IMG/VR virus record: IMGVR_UViG_3300033485_000003
Span: 38,958 to 102,957 of that record
DNA: 64,000 bases
Direction: 5' to 3' (one strand)
Origin: a virus
In this document: positions 45,207 to 53,983 of the stretch, piece after piece
Numbering within the stretch: position 1 is the first letter of the stretch
Layout of the letters: every line of letters begins with the position of its first letter
Notes under the pieces: model-generated
The model's database searches: none
What the model saw: the letters and a program-made list of their open reading frames with translations, nothing else
What the model was told of the DNA's origin: nothing
Program-made: the position numbers and the translations under genes

Positions 45207-45541
45207 TGAGCCGCCTTCAAAAATTGCTCCAGAGACATCTCGCCATAGCCGCCTCGTAGCCATATTTTGACGAGCGGTGGAGTATTGGGGTGATTGAGAA
45301 GTCTGTCAAGCTCCATTCCCTTAACGTCAAGATCCTCATCCCCCGCCAATGCGGCCAGCGCATCTGACGGGGAAGTCCGGTTGTAAACGATCGCCCAGCG
45401 CACATAAGGATCTTTGTGCTGAACTAATGAGCGCAACTCATTTGGCGTTGCGTCGGGGTCGATGGCTCTAGAGCAAAGTCTATTGCGCTCATCTTTTTGT
45501 TGTTGGATTTGATTGCACAGGATCTGTAGACATTCAGTCAT
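45203..45541 (-). CDS. HEAT/LRV-repeat protein with conserved C-terminal tag
   Basis: HPNTPPLVKIWLRGGYGEMSLEQFL. Confidence 0.75.
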   Translation of the reverse strand: MTECLQILCNQIQQQKDERNRLCSRAIDPDATPNELRSLVQHKDPYVRWAIVYNRTSPSDALAALAGDEDLDVKGMELDRLLNHPNTPPLVKIWLRGGYGEMSLEQFLKAAQ

Positions 45542-45665
45542 ACTCACGTGCTAACACACTCCACCGCCACCGTCAACCCCCAAAACGCAAAAAGTGGGAC
45601 TATTTCATCCAACTCAACCATTAATACGTACCAAAGTTCAGACCTTCGGGTCAAGGAGTATTAGA

Positions 45666-46112
45666 ATGGCAACGTGCTATAAGTCGGAAGTTCTCGCCGC
45701 GCAGCTCAAGGCGAACCTAGAGAAGTTTTTCACCACCGTTTCGGACGTGCAGTACGACGCGAACAACACCCCCTACGTCACCATCGGTGCAATGACCACA
45801 GGCACGCAGAGCGCGCTCGTCCGCGTTTTCGCGCTTCAGCCCCTTGGGGTTGATGGTCTTGGTCTCGCGACCCGCAGCTGGGGCCCGAACACCATTCAGG
45901 TCGTTCTCGAGACGTCGGCCACCGCCAACCTCGCGTTCCTCACCGCGGCCAACTCGGCGCTTGTGATGCTTGAGGCCGGCAAGACTGGTTCCAAGGTCGA
46001 GCTCTATATGCGTGCGACTGGCACACCTCCGGCAGTGACAGACATCGTCGCCGCCAACCTGAAGGCCGAGTGGTACATGTCGACCAAGTGGAAGATGGGT
46101 TCCGCGACCTAA
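45666..46112 (+). CDS. Putative head structural/decoration protein
   Basis: AAGGAG RBS after a cUUCGg hairpin; upstream of the scaffold and MCP genes. Confidence 0.65.
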   Translation: MATCYKSEVLAAQLKANLEKFFTTVSDVQYDANNTPYVTIGAMTTGTQSALVRVFALQPLGVDGLGLATRSWGPNTIQVVLETSATANLAFLTAANSALVMLEAGKTGSKVELYMRATGTPPAVTDIVAANLKAEWYMSTKWKMGSAT

Positions 46113-46143
46113 TCCTCGTGAAGGTTCTCGGAGAAAACATACC

Positions 46144-47091
46144 ATGAAAATCAAAGAATCAGAACTCAAGGCAATTTTTGATGAGGTTGCAGAAGACCTC
46201 AGCAAGTGCTTTGAAGAAGAGTCGCAGAAGCTAGCTAAGTCCATCCCCGGCGGTGCCGAGGAATCGTCCAGCTCGGACGAGGGCTCGAAGTCGGCTATCC
46301 CGGACGCCAGTGCGTCTGAAGGTAGCTCGGCCGAGGGTTCGAAGGATGAGGATTCGAAGGGTTCGGATAGTTCGGTTCCCCCACCCCCGGCAGCCACACC
46401 GGCAGCTTCGCCCAGCCCTGCGGCTTCGCCTAGCGCCCCGGTTGCTCCCCCTGTAGCCGACCCGGCAGCCCTTGCAGCCGACATCAATGCCGGCGCAGCA
46501 GTGACCCCGGAACTGTTGCATTCGGAATACCTCAAGATGATGCAAGAGGATCCTGCCCAGTTCGCCATGCACGTGCAGGCGCTGGATGCGGTTAAGGCGG
46601 CCACTGCCGGCGCCTCGCCGAGTCCCGCTCCCGCGACACCTGCAGCCCCAGTTGCTCCTCCTATGGACGCAATGAAGGCCGAGCTCTCGCCTAGTCCCGA
46701 CCGTAAGCCGGGTGGCCAGAAGGTGGAAGTTGTACACAAGTCGGAGGATTTGAGCCGATTTGAGAATCTCATGAAGTCCTATGAGACGAAGGTAGCAGAA
46801 CTCGAAGCCAAGCTCAAGAGCCAGGCCGATGAGCAAGTTGCCGTACAGCAAGTGTTGACGAAGATCGTCGAGCGCCCCATGCGCAAGTCGATTGAGTCGA
46901 TTGCACAGGTCGCCCAAGCCCCCAAGGCCGTCGATTTGAGCAAGTTGTCTCGCGAAGCCGTCACGTCCCACCTGGGCAAGGTAGCCCGCAGCGCAGAACT
47001 CAAGAAGTCCGACCGCAGTCTCATCAATGATTTTTACTCAGGTACAGCCAAGCTCGAGCAGCTCGCACACCTCTTTTCGGAAGTCAAGTAG
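46144..47091 (+). CDS. Putative scaffolding protein
   Basis: Low-complexity and coiled-coil, many xKS/KA motifs, directly before the MCP. Confidence 0.65.
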   Translation: MKIKESELKAIFDEVAEDLSKCFEEESQKLAKSIPGGAEESSSSDEGSKSAIPDASASEGSSAEGSKDEDSKGSDSSVPPPPAATPAASPSPAASPSAPVAPPVADPAALAADINAGAAVTPELLHSEYLKMMQEDPAQFAMHVQALDAVKAATAGASPSPAPATPAAPVAPPMDAMKAELSPSPDRKPGGQKVEVVHKSEDLSRFENLMKSYETKVAELEAKLKSQADEQVAVQQVLTKIVERPMRKSIESIAQVAQAPKAVDLSKLSREAVTSHLGKVARSAELKKSDRSLINDFYSGTAKLEQLAHLFSEVK

Positions 47092-47115
47092 TACCAAGTT
47101 TCAAGGAGAATTACC

Positions 47116-48504
47116 ATGGCATCAGAAGTTACCCAAGCACTACTCAAGGCGATGGAAGCCGGCAATTACGACGCGGCCCCATCCACTCTCACCAACGGCG
47201 CAGCGCTTCAGCGAGAAGACCTGTCCCCCGTCATGACGAACCTCTGCTTCGAGGATCAACACGTCAAATTGCAAAGTAAGTTGTCCGTCAAGAAGGTCAA
47301 GTCCTTGATGAGCCAGTTTAACCGGACCCTCAGCTACGGCCAGATGGGTACGAGCGCGCAGTACGATGGTCAGGTCGGTCAGGACGAGACGGCAGACTAC
47401 GTACGTATCACCGTTCCGATCGGGTTTTACAGCCACGTTCGACGCGTGCCTTACAGCGCCACCCTCATCGAGACCGCCGACGGCGTCGACGCTGAGACGC
47501 GAGCCAAGGAAGCCGCTGGCAAGATCATCCTTGCTGACGTTGAGTTCGACGCTTTCCGCGGTATGGAAGGCTTCAGCAACGCAGGCGTGTTCGACGGCCA
47601 CGATATGGCCACCCCCGAGCTCCCCGGCATGAAGGGCCTCGACCTGCAGATCCGTCAGAGCGACAACGAGCGCAATGCTCACGACCTGATGTTCGCAGAG
47701 TACGGCGCTGATGACTCGGTTGTCATCAACGGCGGCAGCTACCTCAGCCAGACCAACGTGGAAGACGCGACCCTCCGTAGCAGCATGAACTGGGGCACGG
47801 CGACCAAGTTCCTCCTCGATCCCAAGACCCTCTCGGCGTACAACCTGATCACCCTCGGCAAGGAGCGCATCAACCTCGGCTCCACTGCTCAGGACGCGAC
47901 GGGTTCGGAACTCCGTCGGCAGTTCACCTCGAGCGGCACGGCCACCTTCGAGGCTTCGAGATTCTTGTCGGGCAAGACCAAGGTCAAGCCGTCGCGTGCT
48001 GGCGGCCTCGCGGCTCCCACTGCCGTGACTGCAACACCGGCTCCTGGCAGCACCAGCTTCCCCGCTGGCGATTACCAGTACTTCGTGACGGCATGCAATG
48101 AAATGGGCGAGTCTCCTCGCACCGCCATTGCAGCGGCTGTGACGGTTGCGGCTGGCGGCCAGGTCACCTTGTCCATCACCAATCCTGCTGGCACGGTTCG
48201 CTACTTCCACGTGTACCGTAGCAACGCCGGTGGTTCGCTCAACTCCTGCAAGTCGATCGGCCGCGTGGCTGCAAACGGCTCGGGTACGACAGTGTACGTA
48301 GACCTGAACAATCGTATTCCAGGGTACGTAAATGCCTACCTCGTGGACTTCGACTCGATGGACATCGCCGAATTGGCTCCATACTCCAGCCTCAAGCTCG
48401 CAATGAGCGCACTGAACATGCCGCAAGCTCACCTCCGATTCCTTGCCCTGAGAGTGTATCGCCCACGTGTCAACGTGATCGTCGACAACCTCATGGGGCG
48501 GTAA
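47116..48504 (+). CDS. Major capsid protein (SPO1/Twort-like) with an FN3-like insertion
   Basis: LLKAMEAG...GAALQREDL, and YQYFVTACNEMGES..YFHVYRS..YVDLNNRIPG; strong RBS and terminator. Confidence 0.85.
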   Translation: MASEVTQALLKAMEAGNYDAAPSTLTNGAALQREDLSPVMTNLCFEDQHVKLQSKLSVKKVKSLMSQFNRTLSYGQMGTSAQYDGQVGQDETADYVRITVPIGFYSHVRRVPYSATLIETADGVDAETRAKEAAGKIILADVEFDAFRGMEGFSNAGVFDGHDMATPELPGMKGLDLQIRQSDNERNAHDLMFAEYGADDSVVINGGSYLSQTNVEDATLRSSMNWGTATKFLLDPKTLSAYNLITLGKERINLGSTAQDATGSELRRQFTSSGTATFEASRFLSGKTKVKPSRAGGLAAPTAVTATPAPGSTSFPAGDYQYFVTACNEMGESPRTAIAAAVTVAAGGQVTLSITNPAGTVRYFHVYRSNAGGSLNSCKSIGRVAANGSGTTVYVDLNNRIPGYVNAYLVDFDSMDIAELAPYSSLKLAMSALNMPQAHLRFLALRVYRPRVNVIVDNLMGR

Positions 48505-48532
48505 TTCAGCCGAATCCATGCGATGATTGATT

Positions 48533-48568
48533 GGGCCCGGGAATCGCCTCCCGGGCCCTTGTCGTTTC
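48533..48568 (+). terminator. Intrinsic terminator after the MCP gene
   Basis: GGGCCCGGGA/TCCCGGGCCC stem followed by TTGTCGTTT. Confidence 0.75.
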
Positions 48569-48844
48569 TGGAGGACTGTGCTACACCACAGATACAGGTA
48601 GTGAAGACTACTCCAAATAGCGTCGATGAGTTCTGGTGAGATGTCTATGTTTTGTGGGGATAAGCACGACCATATAAGGACGAAGAGTTGTTTCAATACA
48701 AGCATGTTGGTGTATTCCTTTTGAATGTTGACTACAGGGGATAAGACGACTCGTCTTCGGTACCTGGCGACATTTACTCCGAATAGTCGATGAATGGTCG
48801 TTGACGTCAGAAGTGTGGCGTGGTAGAATCTCAATCGAGGATTA

Positions 48845-50518
48845 ATGAGACCAACACCCAAAGAGGTCGTCGACCAAATCTGTCAACTGTTTCATAGTGG
48901 CAAGACCGTTTGGGATATTGGCGCTGCCCTCTCGCTCCCCACCTCAACGGTGCGAAGGGTGCTAAACAGAAACGGGCTCCACTACCCCAAAGTTGCAACC
49001 TCAAAAGAAACCGTCGACGCCGCCTGTGAACTATTCAAAACAGGCAAGACTCTGCTTGAAATTTGCAAGGCGTTGTCTCTTCCGTATGCCACAGCACGTA
49101 AGGTGTTGGCTGTTCGTGGGTTCCGCTACTCCAGGAAGAAATCAAAACAAGCCTTATGTCATCAAGAAATATGCGACATGGCTGCCAATGGTGTTTTTTT
49201 GCATCAAATCGCCGACGCTCTCGGTCTGTCTCGTACGGAGCTATGGACGTACTGTAAGGTACAGCACATTGAATTCAAGAAGGCGCTGCTCGACCCCACG
49301 CCGCAGCAGATGCAGATGATTAAAGATGCGGTCGTGCAAAACCTGGAGCTTCCCGTCAAACAACGCCTAACGCTCCCCAAACTCGCAGCGGAGTTGGGAG
49401 TCACGACATCCGCCGTAAAGGCAGCTAGAAAGCAATTAGGGGTCGTGCACGATCGATCTGCGGATATGATCAAGAATACCCCACAAGACTTCTTGGATAC
49501 GTGTCGCGTCAGAGGATTTACCGCAAAGTCGGTGCCTGACAAGATTTTGATGACAGATAAAATCACACTAATCTGCCCCTGCGGAGCCGAGTTCGCCCCT
49601 ATGGTGCAATCGGTGTTTAGAGGTACTGTCACGTCATGTGGCTGTCTTAAATCAAAAGCCCAGGCGGACTTGCTTCGTTCTATTCAAGAGATGGGGTTCG
49701 GGGTAGAGAAAAACAACAAGCGCCTACTCGACAACAGAGAGCTCGACGTCTACATTCCATCCAAGAAATTTGCGATTGAATACAATGGGCTGTATTGGCA
49801 CCGAGAGGACATTCTCGCACGCAATCGAGACAACCCCACCAACTACCATGCAGACAAGTTCCATCGCCTAGCCATCATGGGGATTCAACTCATCACCATC
49901 TTCGAAGATGAGTGGCTAGAAAACAAAGAATTGGTATTGTCGATGCTCCGAGCCAAATTGGGTGTCGCCTCGAAGTCGATTTTTGCGCGCAAATGCAATG
50001 TAACGTGGGACAAGGGCCGCGTCCACGACTTTGTGCAGCGTAATCACATTCAGGGTGCATGTCATGGCGCCCACCTCGGCCTAGAGCTAGATGGCGAAGT
50101 GGTAGCCGGTATGATTTTTCGTGCCAACGGGAGATTGACGCAGTCTGGACAAGAACTGGCTAGATTCTGCAACCTCGCCAATACACGCGTCGTCGGTGGG
50201 TTTTCGAAGTTGCTCCGAGCGTTCATCGAGAAACACTCTCCGACAGAAGTTGTTTCTTTGTCCGACAATAGATGGAGCGACGGCGGTCTATACAAGAACA
50301 ACGGATTTAGCCTTGCAAGAGAGTCAGAGCCGAGTTACTACTACGTCAAGGGGAGCAAGAGGCTACACAAGTCTCAGTTCCGACTAGAGCGGCTCAAAAA
50401 GATGGGGTGGTACGAAGAGGGCAAAACCGAAGCTCAAATCACAGCTGAACACGGATTACACCGCATCTACGACTGTGGCAAGAAGGCGTGGCTCTTCCGT
50501 CCTCAAATCCAACCATGA
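48845..50518 (+). CDS. HTH repeats + Vsr/PD-(D/E)xK homing-endonuclease-like protein (Hef-like C-terminus)
   Basis: ELDVYIPSKKFAIEYNGLYWH, IFEDEW, IFARKC, ELARFC..VVGGFSKL and IYDCGK; promoter TTGACG-17-TAGAAT at 48801. Confidence 0.75.
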   Translation: MRPTPKEVVDQICQLFHSGKTVWDIGAALSLPTSTVRRVLNRNGLHYPKVATSKETVDAACELFKTGKTLLEICKALSLPYATARKVLAVRGFRYSRKKSKQALCHQEICDMAANGVFLHQIADALGLSRTELWTYCKVQHIEFKKALLDPTPQQMQMIKDAVVQNLELPVKQRLTLPKLAAELGVTTSAVKAARKQLGVVHDRSADMIKNTPQDFLDTCRVRGFTAKSVPDKILMTDKITLICPCGAEFAPMVQSVFRGTVTSCGCLKSKAQADLLRSIQEMGFGVEKNNKRLLDNRELDVYIPSKKFAIEYNGLYWHREDILARNRDNPTNYHADKFHRLAIMGIQLITIFEDEWLENKELVLSMLRAKLGVASKSIFARKCNVTWDKGRVHDFVQRNHIQGACHGAHLGLELDGEVVAGMIFRANGRLTQSGQELARFCNLANTRVVGGFSKLLRAFIEKHSPTEVVSLSDNRWSDGGLYKNNGFSLARESEPSYYYVKGSKRLHKSQFRLERLKKMGWYEEGKTEAQITAEHGLHRIYDCGKKAWLFRPQIQP

Positions 50519-50826
50519 TGATAGAACTCTTCCACGACATGGAATGGGACGAGCTAGAAGCCGAGGCGGCCGACCTTGGTACACCGCCTGAGCGCCTTGA
50601 AGAATTGTCGCATTGTAGGCAACTCGACGTGAGATATTGGGTCGCATTCAACTCCAGCGCATCTCCAGAGACGCTGATCCGACTTGCACAAGATCGGTAC
50701 GAGAGTGTTCGCCGCCGGGTGTTTGAAAATCCATCCACACCACCTTTAGTGAAATTGTGGTTGCAAACCGACTACCGACATACTATATCTCTGGAAGAAT
50801 TCTTGAAAGCCGCCAAGGAGGCGTAA
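50515..50826 (+). CDS. HEAT/LRV-repeat protein with conserved C-terminal tag
   Basis: NPSTPPLVKLWLQTDYRHTISLEEFL. Confidence 0.75.
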   Translation: MMIELFHDMEWDELEAEAADLGTPPERLEELSHCRQLDVRYWVAFNSSASPETLIRLAQDRYESVRRRVFENPSTPPLVKLWLQTDYRHTISLEEFLKAAKEA

Positions 50827-50827
50827 A

Positions 50828-51046
50828 ATGGACATTGACCAAAAGATGCTGGGTGTGTTGAAGGAACTTGTGAAGGACGCTCAGAAACTCGAGCACGATT
50901 ACGAGGACTGCCCATGCTCTTACATGTGCGACCACACAGCCATCGGAGACGGCATCTGTTCGGCGTGCGACTGCGGCGTAAGCGACATCAAGAAACTAGC
51001 GGCTCGAGCCACCCAAATCATCAGTGAAGCGGACCAATCTTCGTAG
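50828..51046 (+). CDS. Small Cys-rich protein
   Basis: GGAGG RBS; CPCSYMC..CSACDC. Confidence 0.6.
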   Translation: MDIDQKMLGVLKELVKDAQKLEHDYEDCPCSYMCDHTAIGDGICSACDCGVSDIKKLAARATQIISEADQSS

Positions 51047-51047
51047 T

Positions 51048-51446
51048 ATGGTCCTTACTGCCCTCCCACTCAACTCCGTAGCCTCCGTCAACGTATGGCA
51101 ATACGATGACGTGATTGAATTCACCGAAGGCGACCCCGCCAGCGTGTACTTTCAGCTGGTGGATTCGACCTTGGACCGCTCCAGAGTGCCCGCTGGGAAA
51201 CGGTACGTCCCCGCCACGGCAGCCACTCTCGTTTGTGCGGTGGAAGCGTTGAATGACGCCAAGAAGATTTCCCGTACAGCAACCAACCCCTTCCCGGACG
51301 ACAGAAGCATCTGGAAGCTAGACTTCTACTCGACTGATTCCATCCGCGGCACCGCTGGTATCCGCTTCACGCTGACTGAAGGCACCGCCATCCGCACTGG
51401 GTACGCCAAGAACATCCTTCGAATCCAATCCAAGACTTGCTTGTAA
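51048..51446 (+). CDS. Putative virion structural protein
   Basis: ATG is 6 nt after AATCTT; beta-rich. Confidence 0.6.
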   Translation: MVLTALPLNSVASVNVWQYDDVIEFTEGDPASVYFQLVDSTLDRSRVPAGKRYVPATAATLVCAVEALNDAKKISRTATNPFPDDRSIWKLDFYSTDSIRGTAGIRFTLTEGTAIRTGYAKNILRIQSKTCL

Positions 51447-51455
51447 GGGGTTGAC

Positions 51456-52301
51456 ATGGCCGACTACACCGACAGCCGTTATGCTATGGGTTCCGCGTGG
51501 CCGGATCATGCCGTTGAGACACCGCGCCAGCAAGTCGAACCGCTGATCACGCCGCAGTTGTTGAGAACTCGGCACCTTTTGGGTTTGACGCTTCTTTCTG
51601 GCCAAAAGGATATGTCCGGCAGGCGCTACGAGTTCACCAATGACAACCTCGCGGATTTTATTGAATCCGCTATTTCGCAGGCCGAGATGGACTTGCGCAT
51701 TGACATCGCGCCAGTGCAACGTCAAGAAAAACTGGCGTTCGACCTGAATCAGTTCAGGCACTTCGGTTATTTTCAACTCGCACACCGCCCTGTCAACAGC
51801 GTAGATCGCCTGAGTGTCAACCCGACTTCCGGGAATGACTTGTATGTCATACCTAAGGAGTGGATAGAAACGGCGTACCTACAACGTGGGCAAATAGCGC
51901 TATTACCCTTCATGATCGCTGTGACCGGCGGCATGCAAGGAACAGGATTTGGCCCCAGCAATGCCGGCGCCGCGTTCTTGGTGGCCACCAGCAACTGGAA
52001 CTACATTCCAGCATGGTGGAAGATCAGCTATACGTCTGGATTCCCAGATATGATGCTGCCTCGTGTGTTGAACGAATACATCGGTACGCTCGCTGCGATG
52101 GAAACCTTGTCGAACTTGGCCGCTACGTTTGCTCGCACTACGTCTAGTAGTATGGGTGTCGACGGTCTCTCGCAGAGTCAAAGTGGACCCGGGGGTCAAA
52201 TTTACCTCAACAGGTTGCAAGACCTCCAGGTGAAGTTAGATAAGCTCGGAGGTAAGCTAAAAGGCACCTTTGGTTACAAGATATCCGTAGGGGTGTTGTA
52301 G
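51456..52301 (+). CDS. Putative head-tail adaptor/neck protein
   Basis: IESAISQAEMDL, LAHRPVNSV, ISYTSGF and SMGVDGLSQS; position after the MCP. Confidence 0.65.
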   Translation: MADYTDSRYAMGSAWPDHAVETPRQQVEPLITPQLLRTRHLLGLTLLSGQKDMSGRRYEFTNDNLADFIESAISQAEMDLRIDIAPVQRQEKLAFDLNQFRHFGYFQLAHRPVNSVDRLSVNPTSGNDLYVIPKEWIETAYLQRGQIALLPFMIAVTGGMQGTGFGPSNAGAAFLVATSNWNYIPAWWKISYTSGFPDMMLPRVLNEYIGTLAAMETLSNLAATFARTTSSSMGVDGLSQSQSGPGGQIYLNRLQDLQVKLDKLGGKLKGTFGYKISVGVL

Positions 52302-52361
52302 CCGGCCAACGTCACACTAAAACCTCTTGACACTCCATCTCCCGCGCGGTAATGTTCCGTC

Positions 52362-53417
52362 ATGCACAACGACGAACAAAATCTAGGGTACATTCGTAAC
52401 TTTCTCGCGACCAACGGGGTGGTATACACCGAGCCCGAGACCGGCATCTTCAACATGACCGGCGGGAGCGGCAAGGCGATCCAGGTCCGTTACGCCAATG
52501 AAGATCTCAAAATCGTCTCGAAGCGTTTTGGGGTCGCTGGCGTGCAAATGGATTACTGCTATAAGATCACCGTAGCACAAGAAAAACTCGGCGTCCGGGT
52601 GATCTGGTGGAAGTCGTTCGAGCTCGAGGATCGGTTTGGGGTGAGTTCGACCCGCAAGCGCAACGTGATTCAATCGTACATCCTCTCGGCTACTGGCAAG
52701 GTCGGCACCCGGTTCTATGCCCGCGAGTGTGAAGTCAAGGAAATCACGAACAAGCAGGCCCAGCCCTTCCTCGACGCCAACAGCTTCTACGGCCACCGTT
52801 CCGCGTCGCTAACGTATGGATTGTTCAATAAGAAGCCGAAGGGCGACATCCCGGCGGGCACGCTACTAATGGTGTTGAGCCTAGGTTCGCCCTACTACGG
52901 TAGGGATTTGTACGACATGGAAGTTCTGAGGTCGTCCACGCTCCTGAACGTACAGGTCGTCGGGGGCTCCTCGAAGCTTATGAAGCACTGCTTCGAACCA
53001 GACGCCATCAAGATCGCCGGCAAGGAAATCAGATGGAACAGTGTTGTTTTTTATGTCGATTTGTGTCATAACGATGGCGCATCTCTCCCTACACTTGGGT
53101 TCAAATTCTGGAAGGACTCTGGCGGAGGGCTGATGAACATCGACCTCGTCAAGGGCGAGACCTTCAACCGTCGCCCGGCCCAACACAAAGAAATCATGAA
53201 GATGATGGCTGAAGGTCGAGTGGTTTCGGCACCATTGTGTGGTGTCAGGAATTACGTGTACTGTAAGAACGGAGATTACTCCAAGTACGGGATTGTGGAC
53301 GCCCTACCCCCAACCTATGTCGGTCTCGTCGTTAACGCCCCAATCATTGAAGAGAAGCCCAAAACAATGGAGCGGTCCTTTGAGAATCCAGATTCTAGCC
53401 TTGTGTCTGCTGTGTAG
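52362..53417 (+). CDS. Diverged homolog of the C-terminal part of the 48845 protein
   Basis: FYARECEVKEI, FLDANSFYG, VVGGSSKL and YVD motifs; leaderless promoter TTGACA-17-TAATGT. Confidence 0.6.
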   Translation: MHNDEQNLGYIRNFLATNGVVYTEPETGIFNMTGGSGKAIQVRYANEDLKIVSKRFGVAGVQMDYCYKITVAQEKLGVRVIWWKSFELEDRFGVSSTRKRNVIQSYILSATGKVGTRFYARECEVKEITNKQAQPFLDANSFYGHRSASLTYGLFNKKPKGDIPAGTLLMVLSLGSPYYGRDLYDMEVLRSSTLLNVQVVGGSSKLMKHCFEPDAIKIAGKEIRWNSVVFYVDLCHNDGASLPTLGFKFWKDSGGGLMNIDLVKGETFNRRPAQHKEIMKMMAEGRVVSAPLCGVRNYVYCKNGDYSKYGIVDALPPTYVGLVVNAPIIEEKPKTMERSFENPDSSLVSAV

Positions 53418-53973
53418 CTGCTCGTACCATGTTCGACCGACGCAGGAGCAAGCCGAGATTCAAGCGACAGTCCACTTGGTGTCGCTGGAAGGAAGTTGTA
53501 GTGGCGTGGCGATTGGACGAAAATCCATCTTGACCGCCGCCCACTGCGTAGGTGCCATCAATGTCGCATTTGATTATACCGGAAAGGTGCTGTGCCGAGC
53601 GACCCCCGTTAAGGTCGACGAAGACGAAGACGTAGCCCTACTCCGAACCCACTGCGACTTGCCCGTAAGAGCCCCTATCGGTACTTCAGAGCCCGTTATG
53701 GGCACTCGAGCGACAGTTACCGGCTATCCGCTCGGCGTCAACTTCCCCGTCAAGACTGACGGATATTTGACTACGGCAGTAAAAACCCAGGGGCTGTCTT
53801 ATAACAAGCAAGTTTTAAGCGCTCCCACCGTAGGTGGAAATAGTGGCGGCCCCGTATGGGTCAATGGTGAGGTTGTGGGGATTGTCAGCGTTGGTGCTGA
53901 AATATACCACCACATCAATTTTGTCGTCCGCCAGTCTGTAATTCAAAAGTTCCTGGCGGGCGTCAAGTTGTAA
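53380..53973 (+). CDS. Trypsin-like serine protease, predicted lipoprotein
   Basis: TTG start with GGAG; ILALCLLCSC lipobox; TAAHC, DVALL and GNSGGP motifs. Confidence 0.8.
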   Translation: MRIQILALCLLCSCSYHVRPTQEQAEIQATVHLVSLEGSCSGVAIGRKSILTAAHCVGAINVAFDYTGKVLCRATPVKVDEDEDVALLRTHCDLPVRAPIGTSEPVMGTRATVTGYPLGVNFPVKTDGYLTTAVKTQGLSYNKQVLSAPTVGGNSGGPVWVNGEVVGIVSVGAEIYHHINFVVRQSVIQKFLAGVKL

Positions 53974-53983
53974 TCTTTTAGAC

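Noticed and set aside
48570-48800. Gene between the MCP terminator and the endonuclease
   Set aside because: There is a GGAGG, but all plus-strand frames are interrupted by stops; possibly a decayed ORF, not supportable.
47140-48861. 573-aa minus-strand ORF (also 45717..46772 and 46231..46971)
   Set aside because: Antisense shadows of the codon-biased MCP and scaffold genes.
21467-50826. Diversity-generating retroelement behind the LRV family
   Set aside because: No reverse transcriptase in the window; the C-termini differ at all bases rather than only adenines; no template repeat.
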